Made by a program: the position numbers and the translations under genes
Shown: piece after piece, positions 1 through 10,435 of the stretch
How positions within the stretch are numbered: position 1 is the stretch's first letter
Layout: every line of letters starts with the position of its first letter
Notes under the pieces: model-generated
Database searches by the model: none
Told to the model about the DNA's origin: nothing
What the model saw: the letters and a program-made list of their open reading frames with translations, nothing else
Assembly (NCBI GenBank): GCA_963809485.1
Contig: CAWEJX010000020.1
Location: 224,001-288,000 of the forward strand
Length of the DNA stretch: 64,000 bases
Direction: 5' to 3'
Origin: an uncultured Acidobacteriota bacterium
GTDB lineage: Bacteria > Acidobacteriota > UBA6911

Positions 1-26
1 AACGTGAAGCGTGTAACATTTAGGCT

Positions 27-584
27 ATGCGAACTTTCGTTGCAATTCCCCTGTCTGAAGAGTGCCGGACAATGCTGGAGCAGGTGCAGCAGAGACTGCG
101 CGCCTTTCATGCGGATGTCCGCTGGGTCGCGATCCCATCCATTCATCTCACATTGAAATTTTTGGGGGAAGCGGATCCGGCCATCCTTCCGGCACTGGCG
201 GCATCTCTGGCTGTGGCAACCCAAGCCGGGCATGCTTTCACACTCCGCCTCCGCGGACTGGGATGTTTTCCAAACCCCAAAAATCCCAAGGTGATCTGGT
301 GCGGGATCGACGGAGAAACCGGCAGTCTGGCGGAGCTTCAAATGGCGGTAGAGTCCGTCTGTGCGGCCTATGAATTCGCACCCGAGGCGCGTGCCTTTCA
401 TCCCCACCTGACGCTGGGCCGAGTCAACGGCAAAAGAAATTTACAGCCCCTTTTGGACTGTATTAAGATGGGCTCCGACCTGGAGTGCAGCTTCATAGCA
501 GATGCCTATAACATTTATAAGAGCACTCTAAAACCGCAAGGCGCCATATATGACGTGCTTAAAACTATCGCGCTTAACACCTGA
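27..584 (+). CDS. thpR: RNA 2',3'-cyclic phosphodiesterase (2H family)
   Basis: Starts MRTFVAI; two HxT motifs (HLTLKFLG, HLTLGR). Confidence 0.92.
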   Translation: MRTFVAIPLSEECRTMLEQVQQRLRAFHADVRWVAIPSIHLTLKFLGEADPAILPALAASLAVATQAGHAFTLRLRGLGCFPNPKNPKVIWCGIDGETGSLAELQMAVESVCAAYEFAPEARAFHPHLTLGRVNGKRNLQPLLDCIKMGSDLECSFIADAYNIYKSTLKPQGAIYDVLKTIALNT

Positions 585-656
585 GCGGTCGGACGGCTGG
601 ACGTTTGACGGTGTGCGGCCGAAAAGCCGCACAGTCTCCAGGCAAGAGGCCCGGTC

Positions 657-1253
657 ATGAGATTCGAATTTCTGATTCCGGTGGTGGCGTATCTGCTCGG
701 TTCGATCCCTTTCGGTTATATACTGGTAAAATTCACCGAGGGAAAAGACATTCGATCCCTTGGAAGCGGCAACATCGGCGCCACCAATGTCTTCCGCCGA
801 AGCCGCTGGGCCGGGTTGCTGACGTTCCTGCTGGATGCAGGCAAGGGATACCTGGCGGTACTGGTAGCCGCATGGATGGGCGGGGGACCTCACTGGCAGG
901 CAATCGCCGCGGTAGCGGCCATTGTCGGCCATATTTTCACGGTCTGGCTGCGGTTCAGGGGAGGCAAGGGAGTAGCCGCGGGATTTGGAGCATTTCTCGC
1001 ACTCTCCCCCCAAGCGGTACTGACAACCCTGATTTTCTTCGTCCTGATCCTGATCGCAACCCGTTACGTGTCCCTGGCCTCGATTGGCGCCACGGCGCTT
1101 TTCCCGTTCTGGGCTTATGTTTTCGGTGAGCCCTTGCCGGTATTGGCCTGGGGCTCCTTCGGAGCGCTGCTGATCATAGGGAAGCATTATCAGAATATCC
1201 AGCGGCTTATCTCCGGGACCGAGAGTAAGATGAAATTTGGGACACGATCGTGA
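657..1253 (+). CDS. plsY: Glycerol-3-phosphate acyltransferase PlsY
   Basis: YLLGSIPFG, GSGNIGATN and FRGGKGVA motifs; multi-TM. Confidence 0.95.
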   Translation: MRFEFLIPVVAYLLGSIPFGYILVKFTEGKDIRSLGSGNIGATNVFRRSRWAGLLTFLLDAGKGYLAVLVAAWMGGGPHWQAIAAVAAIVGHIFTVWLRFRGGKGVAAGFGAFLALSPQAVLTTLIFFVLILIATRYVSLASIGATALFPFWAYVFGEPLPVLAWGSFGALLIIGKHYQNIQRLISGTESKMKFGTRS

Positions 1254-1275
1254 CAAACCTGCCTGGGAGGTATTG

Positions 1276-1449
1276 ATGGCCATAAGCAAAGAGCTGCTGG
1301 AAATTCTCGCCTGTCCCTTATGCAAAGAAGAGGTTCGCCTCACGCCGGATGGCGACGGGCTGAAATGCATAAAGTGTCATCGTGTCTATCCCATCCGCGA
1401 CGACATCCCCGTAATGCTGATCGACGAGGCCAAGATTGAGGAAGCCTAA
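1276..1449 (+). CDS. Trm112/YcaR-like small protein
   Basis: LLEILACPLCK...YPIRDDIPVMLIDEA; GGAGG RBS before ATG at 1276. Confidence 0.9.
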   Translation: MAISKELLEILACPLCKEEVRLTPDGDGLKCIKCHRVYPIRDDIPVMLIDEAKIEEA

Positions 1450-1540
1450 GCCCGGGGAATTGGGATCCGCCTCCGGCCCAAAGGGCCTGCAAAGGACTGG
1501 TCCAGGAGCGCGAAACGGCACTGCAGCAGACTCTCTCCAA

Positions 1541-2656
1541 ATGGATCTTTCGCAGATTCAACCCGCCCGCCGGGAATTGCAGCGGATATCGCACATCCTG
1601 CTGATACGCCTGCGCTCGCTGGGGGATGCCATATTGACCCTGCCGCTTGTTGAGGCGCTTCATGCATGGCGTCCGGAACTTCAACTGGATATCCTGGTCG
1701 AGGCGCCCTTTGCACCCGTGTTCAGTAACCATCCCGCCGTTCACGAGGTTTTGGCGGTGAGGCGCCGCGACGGGCTCGAAACACCCGGCTGGCCGCGATA
1801 CCGTGCGGCCATCGAGGTCTGGAAACGGCGCTATCCGGCCGTATTAAATCTCCACGGCGGAACCACGTCCATGCTGTTCACCTGCGCGGCCGGGGCAAAA
1901 TTGAGGATCGGTCAGGAAAGCCACCGCGGATCCCGGCTCTACAATGCGCGGATCCCGCCTTCAACGACTCTATGGCGGCGTTCGTCGATTCATACGGCGG
2001 AGCATCAGCTCAGCCTTATGCGCTGGCTTGAAATTCCAATGCCCGAAAAAATCACGGGGACGATCCACGCGGATAAATCCTCAGTTAGCCGGATCCGGGA
2101 CCGGCTCGTGGGCGCGGGAATTGGAAATTACATTGTCATCCAGCCGACGGCAACACTGGCGACAAAACAGTGGAGCGCAGCAAAGTTTGCGGAACTTGGA
2201 GACCGTCTGTTCCGGCAGCATCACGTCCCGGTTCTATATACAGCCGGATTTCAGGAAGCCGAAGTCCTTCGGGAGGTGCAGCGAAATGCCCAGGAACGCC
2301 ACCTCTACTGGTCGGATCTTCCGTTGGCTGAACTCTTCGCTCTGATCAGGGGATGCCTCTTTTTCATCGGCAACGACAGCGGCCCGACCCACGCTGCCGC
2401 CGCAATGGGAAAGCCTATCCTGGTGATCTGGGGATCCTCCAATTTCGATGCCTGGCATCCATGGGGCACCGACTATGAAGCAGTCCGATCCGAGTTCTCA
2501 TGCATGCCCTGTCCCGGGTACCGATGCGGGGCCTTCGACCAACCCAGATGTATTCTGGACATTACGGTGCAGCAGGTGTTCGAGGCGAGCGGGCGCCTCA
2601 TGGCGCGGCATCCCGCAGTATTTTCTCAGGATGGCTCCCTACAGCCGGCTGATTGA
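1541..2656 (+). CDS. Glycosyltransferase family 9 (LPS heptosyltransferase-like)
   Basis: ILLIRLRSLGD and FIGNDSGPTHAAAAMG motifs; start uncertain (ORF is open from 1436). Confidence 0.88.
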   Translation: MDLSQIQPARRELQRISHILLIRLRSLGDAILTLPLVEALHAWRPELQLDILVEAPFAPVFSNHPAVHEVLAVRRRDGLETPGWPRYRAAIEVWKRRYPAVLNLHGGTTSMLFTCAAGAKLRIGQESHRGSRLYNARIPPSTTLWRRSSIHTAEHQLSLMRWLEIPMPEKITGTIHADKSSVSRIRDRLVGAGIGNYIVIQPTATLATKQWSAAKFAELGDRLFRQHHVPVLYTAGFQEAEVLREVQRNAQERHLYWSDLPLAELFALIRGCLFFIGNDSGPTHAAAAMGKPILVIWGSSNFDAWHPWGTDYEAVRSEFSCMPCPGYRCGAFDQPRCILDITVQQVFEASGRLMARHPAVFSQDGSLQPAD

Positions 2657-2709
2657 TGCTTGAACAGACATCGAACGGCTCTAAAAACCCCTCGCACAAA
2701 GAGAAGCAG

Positions 2710-3711
2710 CTACATGCTGCGGATGGCTGCGATGAGCTCGTCAGGGGTGGCAGAGGCTGTTCCCAGCTTGCCGACCACGATGCCTGCCGCAATGTTCGAG
2801 AGTACAGCCGACTGCAGAATGGTAAGCCCGGCAACCAGGCTCAAGGCCAGGGTGGAAATGACGGTGTCCCCTGCCCCGGTGACGTCGAACACCTCCTGGG
2901 CGACCGTCGGAATGCAGGTCACGCCGGAGCCGCGTTCGAATAGGGTCATCCCCTCCTCTCCGCGGGTAACAAGCAAGTGTTCGATGCCGGATTCACGGAG
3001 GATTTTTTTGCCCGCGCGAATGAGATCGGCGGTATTGGAAACGGCGATGCCCGAGGCCCGTTCTGCTTCCAGCGTGTTGGGCGTAATAACGGTTGCAGGT
3101 TTGTAAACAGCGAAGTCCGTAATTTTGGGATCCACGCAAACAACCTTCCGGGCCGACTTGGCCAGGGGCAGGGTACGCTTGAGCAGTGGAGGAGAGATCA
3201 ATCCCTTCGCATAGTCGGAAACAATCACGGCATCGGAGGAGGAAAGCGCAGCCCTGAATTTTGCCGCTACTCGCGCCTGCAGGGCTGCCGGAATTGCAGA
3301 CCGGTCTTCGCGATCCGTGCGGCATACCTGCTGGTGATGCGCAATAATGCGTGTTTTGATGCTGGTCGGCCGGTTTTTATCCACTACCAGCCCGCCGATC
3401 GGGGATCCGATGGCTTTGAATTCTTCCCGCAGGCGTTTTCCTTCAAAATCGTCGCCCAAAACACCCAACGGCACCGGCATTCCCCCGAGGCTCCGTATGT
3501 TGCTGGCCACATTGGCGGCGCCGCCCAGACAGGTGCTCTCCTTCCGGATCTCCACCACCGGGACTGGAGCTTCCGGGCTGATGCGGGAAACAGATCCCCA
3601 GATGAAGCGGTCCAGCATGAGGTCTCCCAGAACAATGATGCGCTTGTTCCGGAAATTGCGCACCGCCCGGATCAGAATCTCCGGATCGCATTTATACTGG
3701 TTGAGCATCAT
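2710..3711 (-). CDS. rfaE1: D-glycero-beta-D-manno-heptose-7-phosphate kinase (RfaE domain I)
   Basis: GDLMLD, RISPEAPVPVV, SDYAKG and DVTGAGDT motifs. Confidence 0.93.
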   Translation of the reverse strand: MMLNQYKCDPEILIRAVRNFRNKRIIVLGDLMLDRFIWGSVSRISPEAPVPVVEIRKESTCLGGAANVASNIRSLGGMPVPLGVLGDDFEGKRLREEFKAIGSPIGGLVVDKNRPTSIKTRIIAHHQQVCRTDREDRSAIPAALQARVAAKFRAALSSSDAVIVSDYAKGLISPPLLKRTLPLAKSARKVVCVDPKITDFAVYKPATVITPNTLEAERASGIAVSNTADLIRAGKKILRESGIEHLLVTRGEEGMTLFERGSGVTCIPTVAQEVFDVTGAGDTVISTLALSLVAGLTILQSAVLSNIAAGIVVGKLGTASATPDELIAAIRSM

Positions 3712-3719
3712 AGATCCCT

Positions 3720-4364
3720 TCACGCCAAGATGAGTGAACTGAGTTTCTCTTCCCTCGGAATCACCCGGGCCAGGAAGTCGATATACCCTGTGCCGGGACG
3801 CCTGCCCCCCGCATAGGCGGAAACCATGGACTGAAGGAATTCCAGACATTCGATAGCCGCGCCCAGCTGCAAGCGGGTGCTACTGGGATCTACGATCCCT
3901 GTTCTTTGTTCCGCTTTCGGATTCCTGAAAGACTCGACAACTTTGCGCAGCTCCCGCCGCAACGCTTCAACCCGGAGATCGTCGGACGTTTTCTCGTAAA
4001 GAACACCCTTATTTTCCGTTTGGTAGGTCTCGAGCAGAACACGGACGGCTTCTGCAACATCCCTGTCCGTCAGGTCGCGGGATGAGAGCCGTTCGCGTGC
4101 AATGGCAAATTCGAGACGCGCCACCACGTCCTTGTGGCTCCGCAGGACCCTCTGGGTTGTCTCCAGGGAGGCCGTGTCAAGGCTGCGAAGCTTCCTGGCA
4201 TAATCCTCCGAGTCCCGCTCGCGACCGGATTTCAGGTATCCGCAGCTTTCGGGGCAATCGATTTCCAGAACCCGCTTATCCCCGCAGCACGGGGCGCATA
4301 TCGACGCGTTTTTTGCGGGGCAAAATCTCTTCGCCTTTTTCAGGTCACACAAAACACATTTCAT
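3720..4364 (-). CDS. Conserved hypothetical protein with N-terminal Cys-rich (Zn-finger-like) region
   Basis: CxxC-x8-C-x6-CxxCC-x9-CxxxC pattern; tightly packed in the operon. Confidence 0.75.
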   Translation of the reverse strand: MKCVLCDLKKAKRFCPAKNASICAPCCGDKRVLEIDCPESCGYLKSGRERDSEDYARKLRSLDTASLETTQRVLRSHKDVVARLEFAIARERLSSRDLTDRDVAEAVRVLLETYQTENKGVLYEKTSDDLRVEALRRELRKVVESFRNPKAEQRTGIVDPSSTRLQLGAAIECLEFLQSMVSAYAGGRRPGTGYIDFLARVIPREEKLSSLILA

Positions 4365-4393
4365 ACATCGCCAACTTTCATGCAAAACCGGTT

Positions 4394-5134
4394 TTATACC
4401 ATATTTTCAGCCGGCCTCCGACAGAACCCTCGGAGAAACTTTTTGGCCTTCGCATAATCCGGATAGGCCCGCTCCGCGTGGCGAAATTCGGGTGGGTGCG
4501 GCTTTCCGCTTCGGCCGGAAGATGAGCGTTCAAACACGGTGTGGAGCATTTCGTGAAAAACAATGTATTCCAGAACAAACCTCGGGACTCCCGGCGAATC
4601 CAGCGCAGGACTCAGCGAGATCGTATGATGCACCGGATCGTAGTGCCCCAGACGCCTCCGGCTGGCACGCAATCCCCAGCCGATTTTGCGAATTTCAATC
4701 TGGTCGTGGAAATACCGGGCATTGATTTGACGATAAATTTCACCCGGGGAATAATGTCTGCCCGCCCCTGTATTGATATGTTTCCGCCCTCTCAAAAAGC
4801 GCCGCTCCCGCACAACTTCGGCAACGCCGGGATTTTTGCGATAACTTTCGTAGGTCCGCAATATTCCGGGGTTGGGCCTCGTGTGCGTAACCTTGCAGGC
4901 GAGAATGATTACCAGGGCTTCGAGCACTATTTCAGGGGCATTCCGGCAATGATCGCTTATGCGGATAATCCAACCGGATTTTTTGCGCCGGATTGTGTGC
5001 GTCAACCCTATGTACGGGTAGAAGGAAGCTTCAATTTGGGTGCCGCGAAATAGCGGGAATGAGGCCGGCAACACGGATTGGCAGATCCGCTGCAGTTTCG
5101 AAGTGTCTGTCGTGGCAAGAGAGCGCTGATGCAT
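4394..5134 (-). CDS. SprT-like/DUF45 zinc metalloprotease-domain protein
   Basis: LEYIVFHEMLH (HExxH) plus HPPEF; start uncertain. Confidence 0.8.
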   Translation of the reverse strand: MHQRSLATTDTSKLQRICQSVLPASFPLFRGTQIEASFYPYIGLTHTIRRKKSGWIIRISDHCRNAPEIVLEALVIILACKVTHTRPNPGILRTYESYRKNPGVAEVVRERRFLRGRKHINTGAGRHYSPGEIYRQINARYFHDQIEIRKIGWGLRASRRRLGHYDPVHHTISLSPALDSPGVPRFVLEYIVFHEMLHTVFERSSSGRSGKPHPPEFRHAERAYPDYAKAKKFLRGFCRRPAENMV

Positions 5135-5232
5135 GGAGTCCTTGAAAAACCGGCCGCGAACCTCACCAACCCGTTCAATATCCACTTGATTCCGCGGGCG
5201 TCCCCTGGACGGCCGGGAGATGAGGCGGACGG

Positions 5233-6291
5233 TCAGTTTTCCGCTTTATCGGAATCACGAAGCGCTTTCCGCAGAGCGGCAACTTCCGATTTCAGCCGAT
5301 CCAGATCCGCCTTCATTTCCGGAAGTTTCCCGAAGAGAGCGTTGAGCCGCTTATATTCCCGGAGCGGACGCACAGGCACTCCCCAGTAGACATCCCCGCT
5401 GCGCACGATCTTTCCGGGCAGGATACCGGCTTTGGACCCGATAACGGCGCCCTGTTGCACTCTCGTGTGGTCGCCGAAGCCGACCTGGCCCCCGATAACC
5501 ACATTGTCCTCGATGACGGTGCTCCCTGATATTCCCGTCTGGGCGGCGATTACGACGTTCTTGCCAATTTCCACGTTATGGGCAATCTGGACCAGGTTGT
5601 CGATTTTGGCACCCGCGCCGATGCGCGTCGTGCCCAGGGATCCCCGGTCGACGGTGGAGTTGGCGCCGATTTCAACATCATCTTCAATGACAACCGCCCC
5701 CACCTGAGGGAACTTCCATTGGCGCCGGCCATCGAAGACATACCCGAAACCATCGCTGCCGACGACAACTCCCGCATGCAGCACGACGCGGTCTCCGACC
5801 TGTACGCCTGGGTAGAGAACAACTCCGGGATATAAAATACACTCCCGGCCTACGCGGCACCCCTCGCCGACGGCCACGCGCGCCCGCAGGACGGTTCCCC
5901 TCCCGATCCTGGCGTCGGCTTCCACACTGACACACGGGCCCAACTCCACGCCCTCGTCAATTTGAGCCCCCGGCGCAATGCAGGCGGTGGAATGCCGCGT
6001 GCCGCGGCTCGCCGGACGCGGGTGCAGATACACCGCCGCCCTTGAGAAGTCGACTTTGGGGTTTTCGGAAAATATCGCATGAATATCCGAGGGCGCCGCC
6101 TGCCTGGGAAGGACAATGCACCCGGCTTGAGTCGCTTCGAGGCTAAGCGTCTCGCGCCCGGCTGCCTCCAGAAAAGCCAGGGATTCCCGGTCGGCTGCTG
6201 TCAATTTGGAAACCTTAGTCAGGATGCGGTCGCCATCCCCCTGATATTCGAGGCCCAGTAATGAAGCTATTTGTCGAATTGTGTAGCTCAT
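5233..6291 (-). CDS. lpxD: UDP-3-O-acylglucosamine N-acyltransferase LpxD
   Basis: Hexapeptide repeats; GSDGFGY, FPQVG and [12 protein letters not shown] motifs. Confidence 0.95.
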   Translation of the reverse strand: MSYTIRQIASLLGLEYQGDGDRILTKVSKLTAADRESLAFLEAAGRETLSLEATQAGCIVLPRQAAPSDIHAIFSENPKVDFSRAAVYLHPRPASRGTRHSTACIAPGAQIDEGVELGPCVSVEADARIGRGTVLRARVAVGEGCRVGRECILYPGVVLYPGVQVGDRVVLHAGVVVGSDGFGYVFDGRRQWKFPQVGAVVIEDDVEIGANSTVDRGSLGTTRIGAGAKIDNLVQIAHNVEIGKNVVIAAQTGISGSTVIEDNVVIGGQVGFGDHTRVQQGAVIGSKAGILPGKIVRSGDVYWGVPVRPLREYKRLNALFGKLPEMKADLDRLKSEVAALRKALRDSDKAEN

Positions 6292-6336
6292 AAGGCGCTG
6301 AATCCGGGCCGCCACGACTGCCGTAAAGGAATAGCC

Positions 6337-8238
6337 CTAGGCTTTGGTTGTTGCCAAAGCGTCTTCGTCCTGGCGCGAACCGGCGTGACGGTCGGCATTC
6401 CCGCTATCGGTCGCCGCTGGGATGTAGAGATCGTGCTTCGTGGTTGGAAGCTCGACCACTCGTCCTTTTGTATAAATTTCGTGCTTTCCCCTGGTCTTGT
6501 GCCACTCGGCGAGGCTTGCAGTCCGGTGCATATTTTCAACGATCTGGCGCCATCCCAGACCCGTGTTGTAGGCGCAAAAGGAAATTTCGCCTTCATGCGT
6601 GCCATAAGGGATCACGCACATTTCGGTGCGGCGGAAATCGTATGTCCACAGGTCCTGGAACCACATGCCTTCCACGCACAGGACGCGCCATTCATCGTTG
6701 CCGGAGCGCGTTTTAATCCGGTCATTCCGGTCGCTGTCGGATTTCTCCGAGGTGGGGCGGAAGAGACTGAAAACCTGCGAGAGGGGAAAACCCTTGGGTG
6801 CCTGTTCGGCACGGTAGTTGCGCAGAATAGCCATGGCGAGCTGGGCTTCGGTCAGGGTTTTTCCGCGCGCCGTATCGGTAATAACAGCTACATCCCGAAT
6901 GAACCGTTCGTAATCGAACAGTTTGAACAAGGGAATCCATTCATGCGTGCGGCGGTTGACGACCAGAAGGCTAAACACTCCGCAGTCCGGATGGCAGTTG
7001 CAGGAACTCCATCCCCAGGAAGCTTCGGGACCCTGCAGGATATCCATGATGGTCGTGAAAGCGCTGTAGGTGGACAGGGGAAACCAGTCGCGCATAGGTT
7101 CCAGGTCTTTGTGCAGCTGCGACTTGAGGTCTTCCACCAGCTGGGAAAGAGTGTATCTGCGGGCAGCCCGGGATTCGTCATCGATTCCTTCGTCGCGCCC
7201 GGTAAACGAGACCGGCTGAAAGACGACCGTTTGAACCTTATCCACATTACGGACGGCAAAATCCACGATCGGGCCGACCGCATCCCTGTTGATGGTATTG
7301 ACAACGGTGGTAACCAGGGTCGTTTTCATCCCGCACCGGGCCATGTTTTCGATAGCCTGCGCTTTGACGTCGAAAAGGTTCGGCACGCCGCGATGCTGGT
7401 TTTGATCGTTGGTTATGCCGTCGAACTGAAGATAGGTTCCGTACAAACCCGCCTCGCGCGCCCGACGCGTGAATTCCTCGCTTTGGGCGAACCTTATGCC
7501 ATTGGTGGCCGCCAGGATTCTGTAAAATCCTATCTTTTGGGCATAGGCAACCGCCTCCAGGAAATGCGGGGAAAGGGTTGGCTCTCCACCGGAAAAAAGG
7601 ATGATGATCTGCCGGCGGGGTTTGAAGGAAACCGCCCGATCCAATATCCCCTTAATCTCTGCGAGCGTTGGTTCACAGACATATCCGACCTGGTTGGCAT
7701 CGGTGAAACAAGGCGTACACATCATATTGCAGCGATTGGTCAGATCGACGGTCAAAACGGTGCCGCGCCCATATTTAATTGCCGATGTGCCGTGCCGGTG
7801 AAGGCTCTCGTCCTGAATGGTCTGAAAATCGCGTCCGAAAAACAGATCCTCAATGCGGCGCGCGAACGCAGGGTTGGTCGAGAGCACATCCTCGAACGCG
7901 CCGTGCTTTTCGCAGACCTTGCGCATCAGGATCCTTCCATTTTCCTCGACAATTTCCGCCTTGATTTCGCCCGGGCCGCCTTGGAGCAGTGCCTTGATGT
8001 CGGACTCGCCCTGAACGATGCGAGCCCGTATTTCCGGCACGCAGCGGGGACAGAGGGAATCGGTGACTCTCGGGAATCCGAGAGGGGGCGCGGATCGTTC
8101 TCTGCTCTTGGAAATTTTGCCGGGCGCCCAGCCGGGATGCGGCAGCTCACCTTCGGCCATCCTGGTGTTGACCGCCTGGAATGCTTTCCAGGCAAGGTCC
8201 GCAACACCCGTAACCAGAGAAGCCTTTACGCGGTTCAT
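6337..8238 (-). CDS. Radical SAM protein, MJ0619-like family
   Basis: CNMMCTPC (CxxxCxxC), SGGEPT, YLQFDG; N-terminal SLCPRC/CEKHG; C-terminal ISFCAYN. Confidence 0.88.
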   Translation of the reverse strand: MNRVKASLVTGVADLAWKAFQAVNTRMAEGELPHPGWAPGKISKSRERSAPPLGFPRVTDSLCPRCVPEIRARIVQGESDIKALLQGGPGEIKAEIVEENGRILMRKVCEKHGAFEDVLSTNPAFARRIEDLFFGRDFQTIQDESLHRHGTSAIKYGRGTVLTVDLTNRCNMMCTPCFTDANQVGYVCEPTLAEIKGILDRAVSFKPRRQIIILFSGGEPTLSPHFLEAVAYAQKIGFYRILAATNGIRFAQSEEFTRRAREAGLYGTYLQFDGITNDQNQHRGVPNLFDVKAQAIENMARCGMKTTLVTTVVNTINRDAVGPIVDFAVRNVDKVQTVVFQPVSFTGRDEGIDDESRAARRYTLSQLVEDLKSQLHKDLEPMRDWFPLSTYSAFTTIMDILQGPEASWGWSSCNCHPDCGVFSLLVVNRRTHEWIPLFKLFDYERFIRDVAVITDTARGKTLTEAQLAMAILRNYRAEQAPKGFPLSQVFSLFRPTSEKSDSDRNDRIKTRSGNDEWRVLCVEGMWFQDLWTYDFRRTEMCVIPYGTHEGEISFCAYNTGLGWRQIVENMHRTASLAEWHKTRGKHEIYTKGRVVELPTTKHDLYIPAATDSGNADRHAGSRQDEDALATTKA

Positions 8239-8580
8239 AAAGGATCCGCTCCGGCTGTTCTGTCCGGATATGACTCCGCCGTACATCTTCCGCTCCCGTA
8301 TTTGCGCCCGCGCCGTTCGTCTATATAAACCTAGAATATATCTATAAATACAGGGATAAAATTATCAGTATTTGGCACCTCCGTCCATTCATTTCTGGCG
8401 ACCGGATCCGGCAGGAGCAGCCCAATCATGGCATCCCGGGCAAAGGAAAGGTGCGGGCCTTCAGGTAAGGAGTCATGGTCTCCGGCAAAACAGGATTACG
8501 CTTGGCCTTCAAATAGAAGCTGTCCTCAAACTGCCGGGATGATGTAAACTTTCCATCTCAGTGCGAGGAGAGGAGGGCTT

Positions 8581-9438
8581 ATGCGTTGGACACCCGGTGG
8601 ACGAAGCAAGGATCTCGAGGACGATCGCAACCAGGGCGGATCCGTGGGCGGCTTTCGGCGGGCAGGAATAAAGGTCGGGCTCGGAGGCATCGTTGTCCTG
8701 CTGCTTCTGAGCGTGATTTTCAAACGAGATTTCCTGTCGCTGATGGACACCGGAACCGGAACCAGCTATAGCACCGGAGAAACCCAATCGGATCCCGAAC
8801 GCGATGCCCGCGAAGAACCGATGGTGCAATTTGTCTCTTTTGTTTTAGATGACACCCAGAATACCTGGAGCCAGATATTCCCCGCCATGGGGGCCCAGTA
8901 CCGGAACGCCAAACTCGTGCTTTTCAGGGATTACGTTGAATCCGCCTGCGGCATGGCGGAATCGGCTACCGGTCCGTTTTACTGCCCCGAGGACGAAAAA
9001 GTCTACATCGACCTCGGATTCTTCGATGAGCTTCACCAGCGCTTCGGTGCGCCGGGCGAATTCGCACAGGCCTATGTGCTGGCCCATGAAATCGGGCACC
9101 ACATACAGAAGATTCTGGGCATCGAGACAAGAGTGCGCCAGCTGCAGAGGGCCCATCCCGAGCAGGCCAAAGCCCTGTCGATCCGCATGGAGCTGCAGGC
9201 AGATTGCCTTGCGGGAGTCTGGGGCCACTCCACGGCACAGCGCAACATCCTGGAAAACGGGGACGTGGAATCAGGTTTGGGGGCAGCGGCAGCCGTCGGC
9301 GACGATCGTATTCAGCGCATGTCCACCGGTCGAGTCAGCCCTGAATCTTTCACTCACGGGAGTTCGGCTCAAAGGGTGGAATGGTTCAGACGAGGTCTGA
9401 CACAGGGGAACGCTGAAGCCTGCAATACTTTTCAATAG
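8581..9438 (+). CDS. Neutral zinc metallopeptidase (YpfJ family)
   Basis: GPFYCP, AHEIGHHIQ, ELQADC and FTHGSS motifs; GGAGG RBS. Confidence 0.92.
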   Translation: MRWTPGGRSKDLEDDRNQGGSVGGFRRAGIKVGLGGIVVLLLLSVIFKRDFLSLMDTGTGTSYSTGETQSDPERDAREEPMVQFVSFVLDDTQNTWSQIFPAMGAQYRNAKLVLFRDYVESACGMAESATGPFYCPEDEKVYIDLGFFDELHQRFGAPGEFAQAYVLAHEIGHHIQKILGIETRVRQLQRAHPEQAKALSIRMELQADCLAGVWGHSTAQRNILENGDVESGLGAAAAVGDDRIQRMSTGRVSPESFTHGSSAQRVEWFRRGLTQGNAEACNTFQ

Positions 9439-9502
9439 CTGCGTCCGTTGACAAGTGAGGGCTGAATTCCGGAACGGCCAGGCGGCGGCCATATGCTTTT
9501 TC

Positions 9503-9653
9503 GAAGGTGCCTCATCGGCTTTTGCTCGCCGACCCTCGCCGAACAAATCGGCGTTTGTCAGCGCTTTTATCAGCGTATCTCAGCGTTTCAAAATACGGAG
9601 CTGTCAAACTCTTTGAGTCCCCCGGCAGAGCCGGGGATTTACCAAGGTAATTA
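9503..9653 (-). mobile_element. Non-autonomous IS200/IS605-like palindromic element, copy 1 (partial, one end only)
   Basis: Near-identical to 17923-18051 plus 20444-20464; ends CCCCCGGCAGAGCCGGGGATTTACCAAGGTAATTA. Confidence 0.8.
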
Positions 9654-9694
9654 TGGCGTTTTGCATAATCCCGATGAGCGGGCAGGTGATGTCT

Positions 9695-10276
9695 ATGGCG
9701 AAAAATGCAGCTGCGCCGCATTTCATGCGGTTCTGCCTGGTCTTTGTGGGGGCAATCAGTTTGGCCACTGGTCCGTTGAACGCAACCGCTGATAGGAAAT
9801 TGCCGCCGCTCGAGACTGTTTCCCATGTCGACCTCGACCGCTATATGGGGAAATGGTACGAAATCGCCAGCTTCCCGCAATGGTTTCAGAAAGGATGCGT
9901 CGCCACCAGCGCCACATATGCTTTTCGAAAGGACGGGGCCGTCGACGTGCTGAATCAATGCAGAAAAGAGGCTCTGGATGGGAAGCCCAAAGATGCCAAA
10001 GGGAAGGCTTGGGTGGTGGATCCGAAGACCAACGCCAAACTGAAAGTCCGCTTTTTCTGGCCGTTTTCGGGCGATTACTGGATTATCGATCTCGGCGAAA
10101 ATTACGAATATGCGGTTGTTGGCCATCCTAAACGCACGTACCTCTGGATTTTGAGCCGCACTCCTCAAATGGATCCGGCTGTGTACGACGGCATACTGGA
10201 GCGCCTGAAAAGGCAGCACTACGACCTGACGCGGCTGAGCAGAACTTTGCAGGCGGCCGTGGAATCCACACAGTAA
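9695..10276 (+). CDS. blc: Bacterial lipocalin (Blc-like)
   Basis: DLDRYMGKWYEIA, KLKVRFFWPF and YLWILSRTP motifs; start uncertain. Confidence 0.9.
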   Translation: MAKNAAAPHFMRFCLVFVGAISLATGPLNATADRKLPPLETVSHVDLDRYMGKWYEIASFPQWFQKGCVATSATYAFRKDGAVDVLNQCRKEALDGKPKDAKGKAWVVDPKTNAKLKVRFFWPFSGDYWIIDLGENYEYAVVGHPKRTYLWILSRTPQMDPAVYDGILERLKRQHYDLTRLSRTLQAAVESTQ

Positions 10277-10435
10277 ATCCTGATTCCTGTCTTCGGGCCC
10301 GCGCAAGAATCGCTTCGCATTTTGGCGCCGCCTTTCGGGTTTGATATCCCGTAAGCAGCCGGTCGTGAACAGCCGGCATGGAAAATTGCAGTTCTGAGAG
10401 CCGGCACTCCGGTTGCCGCTGCACCCAACAGGTGC

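Noticed and set aside
6271-8328. 685-aa plus-strand ORF
   Set aside because: Antisense to the radical SAM gene; no domain signal.
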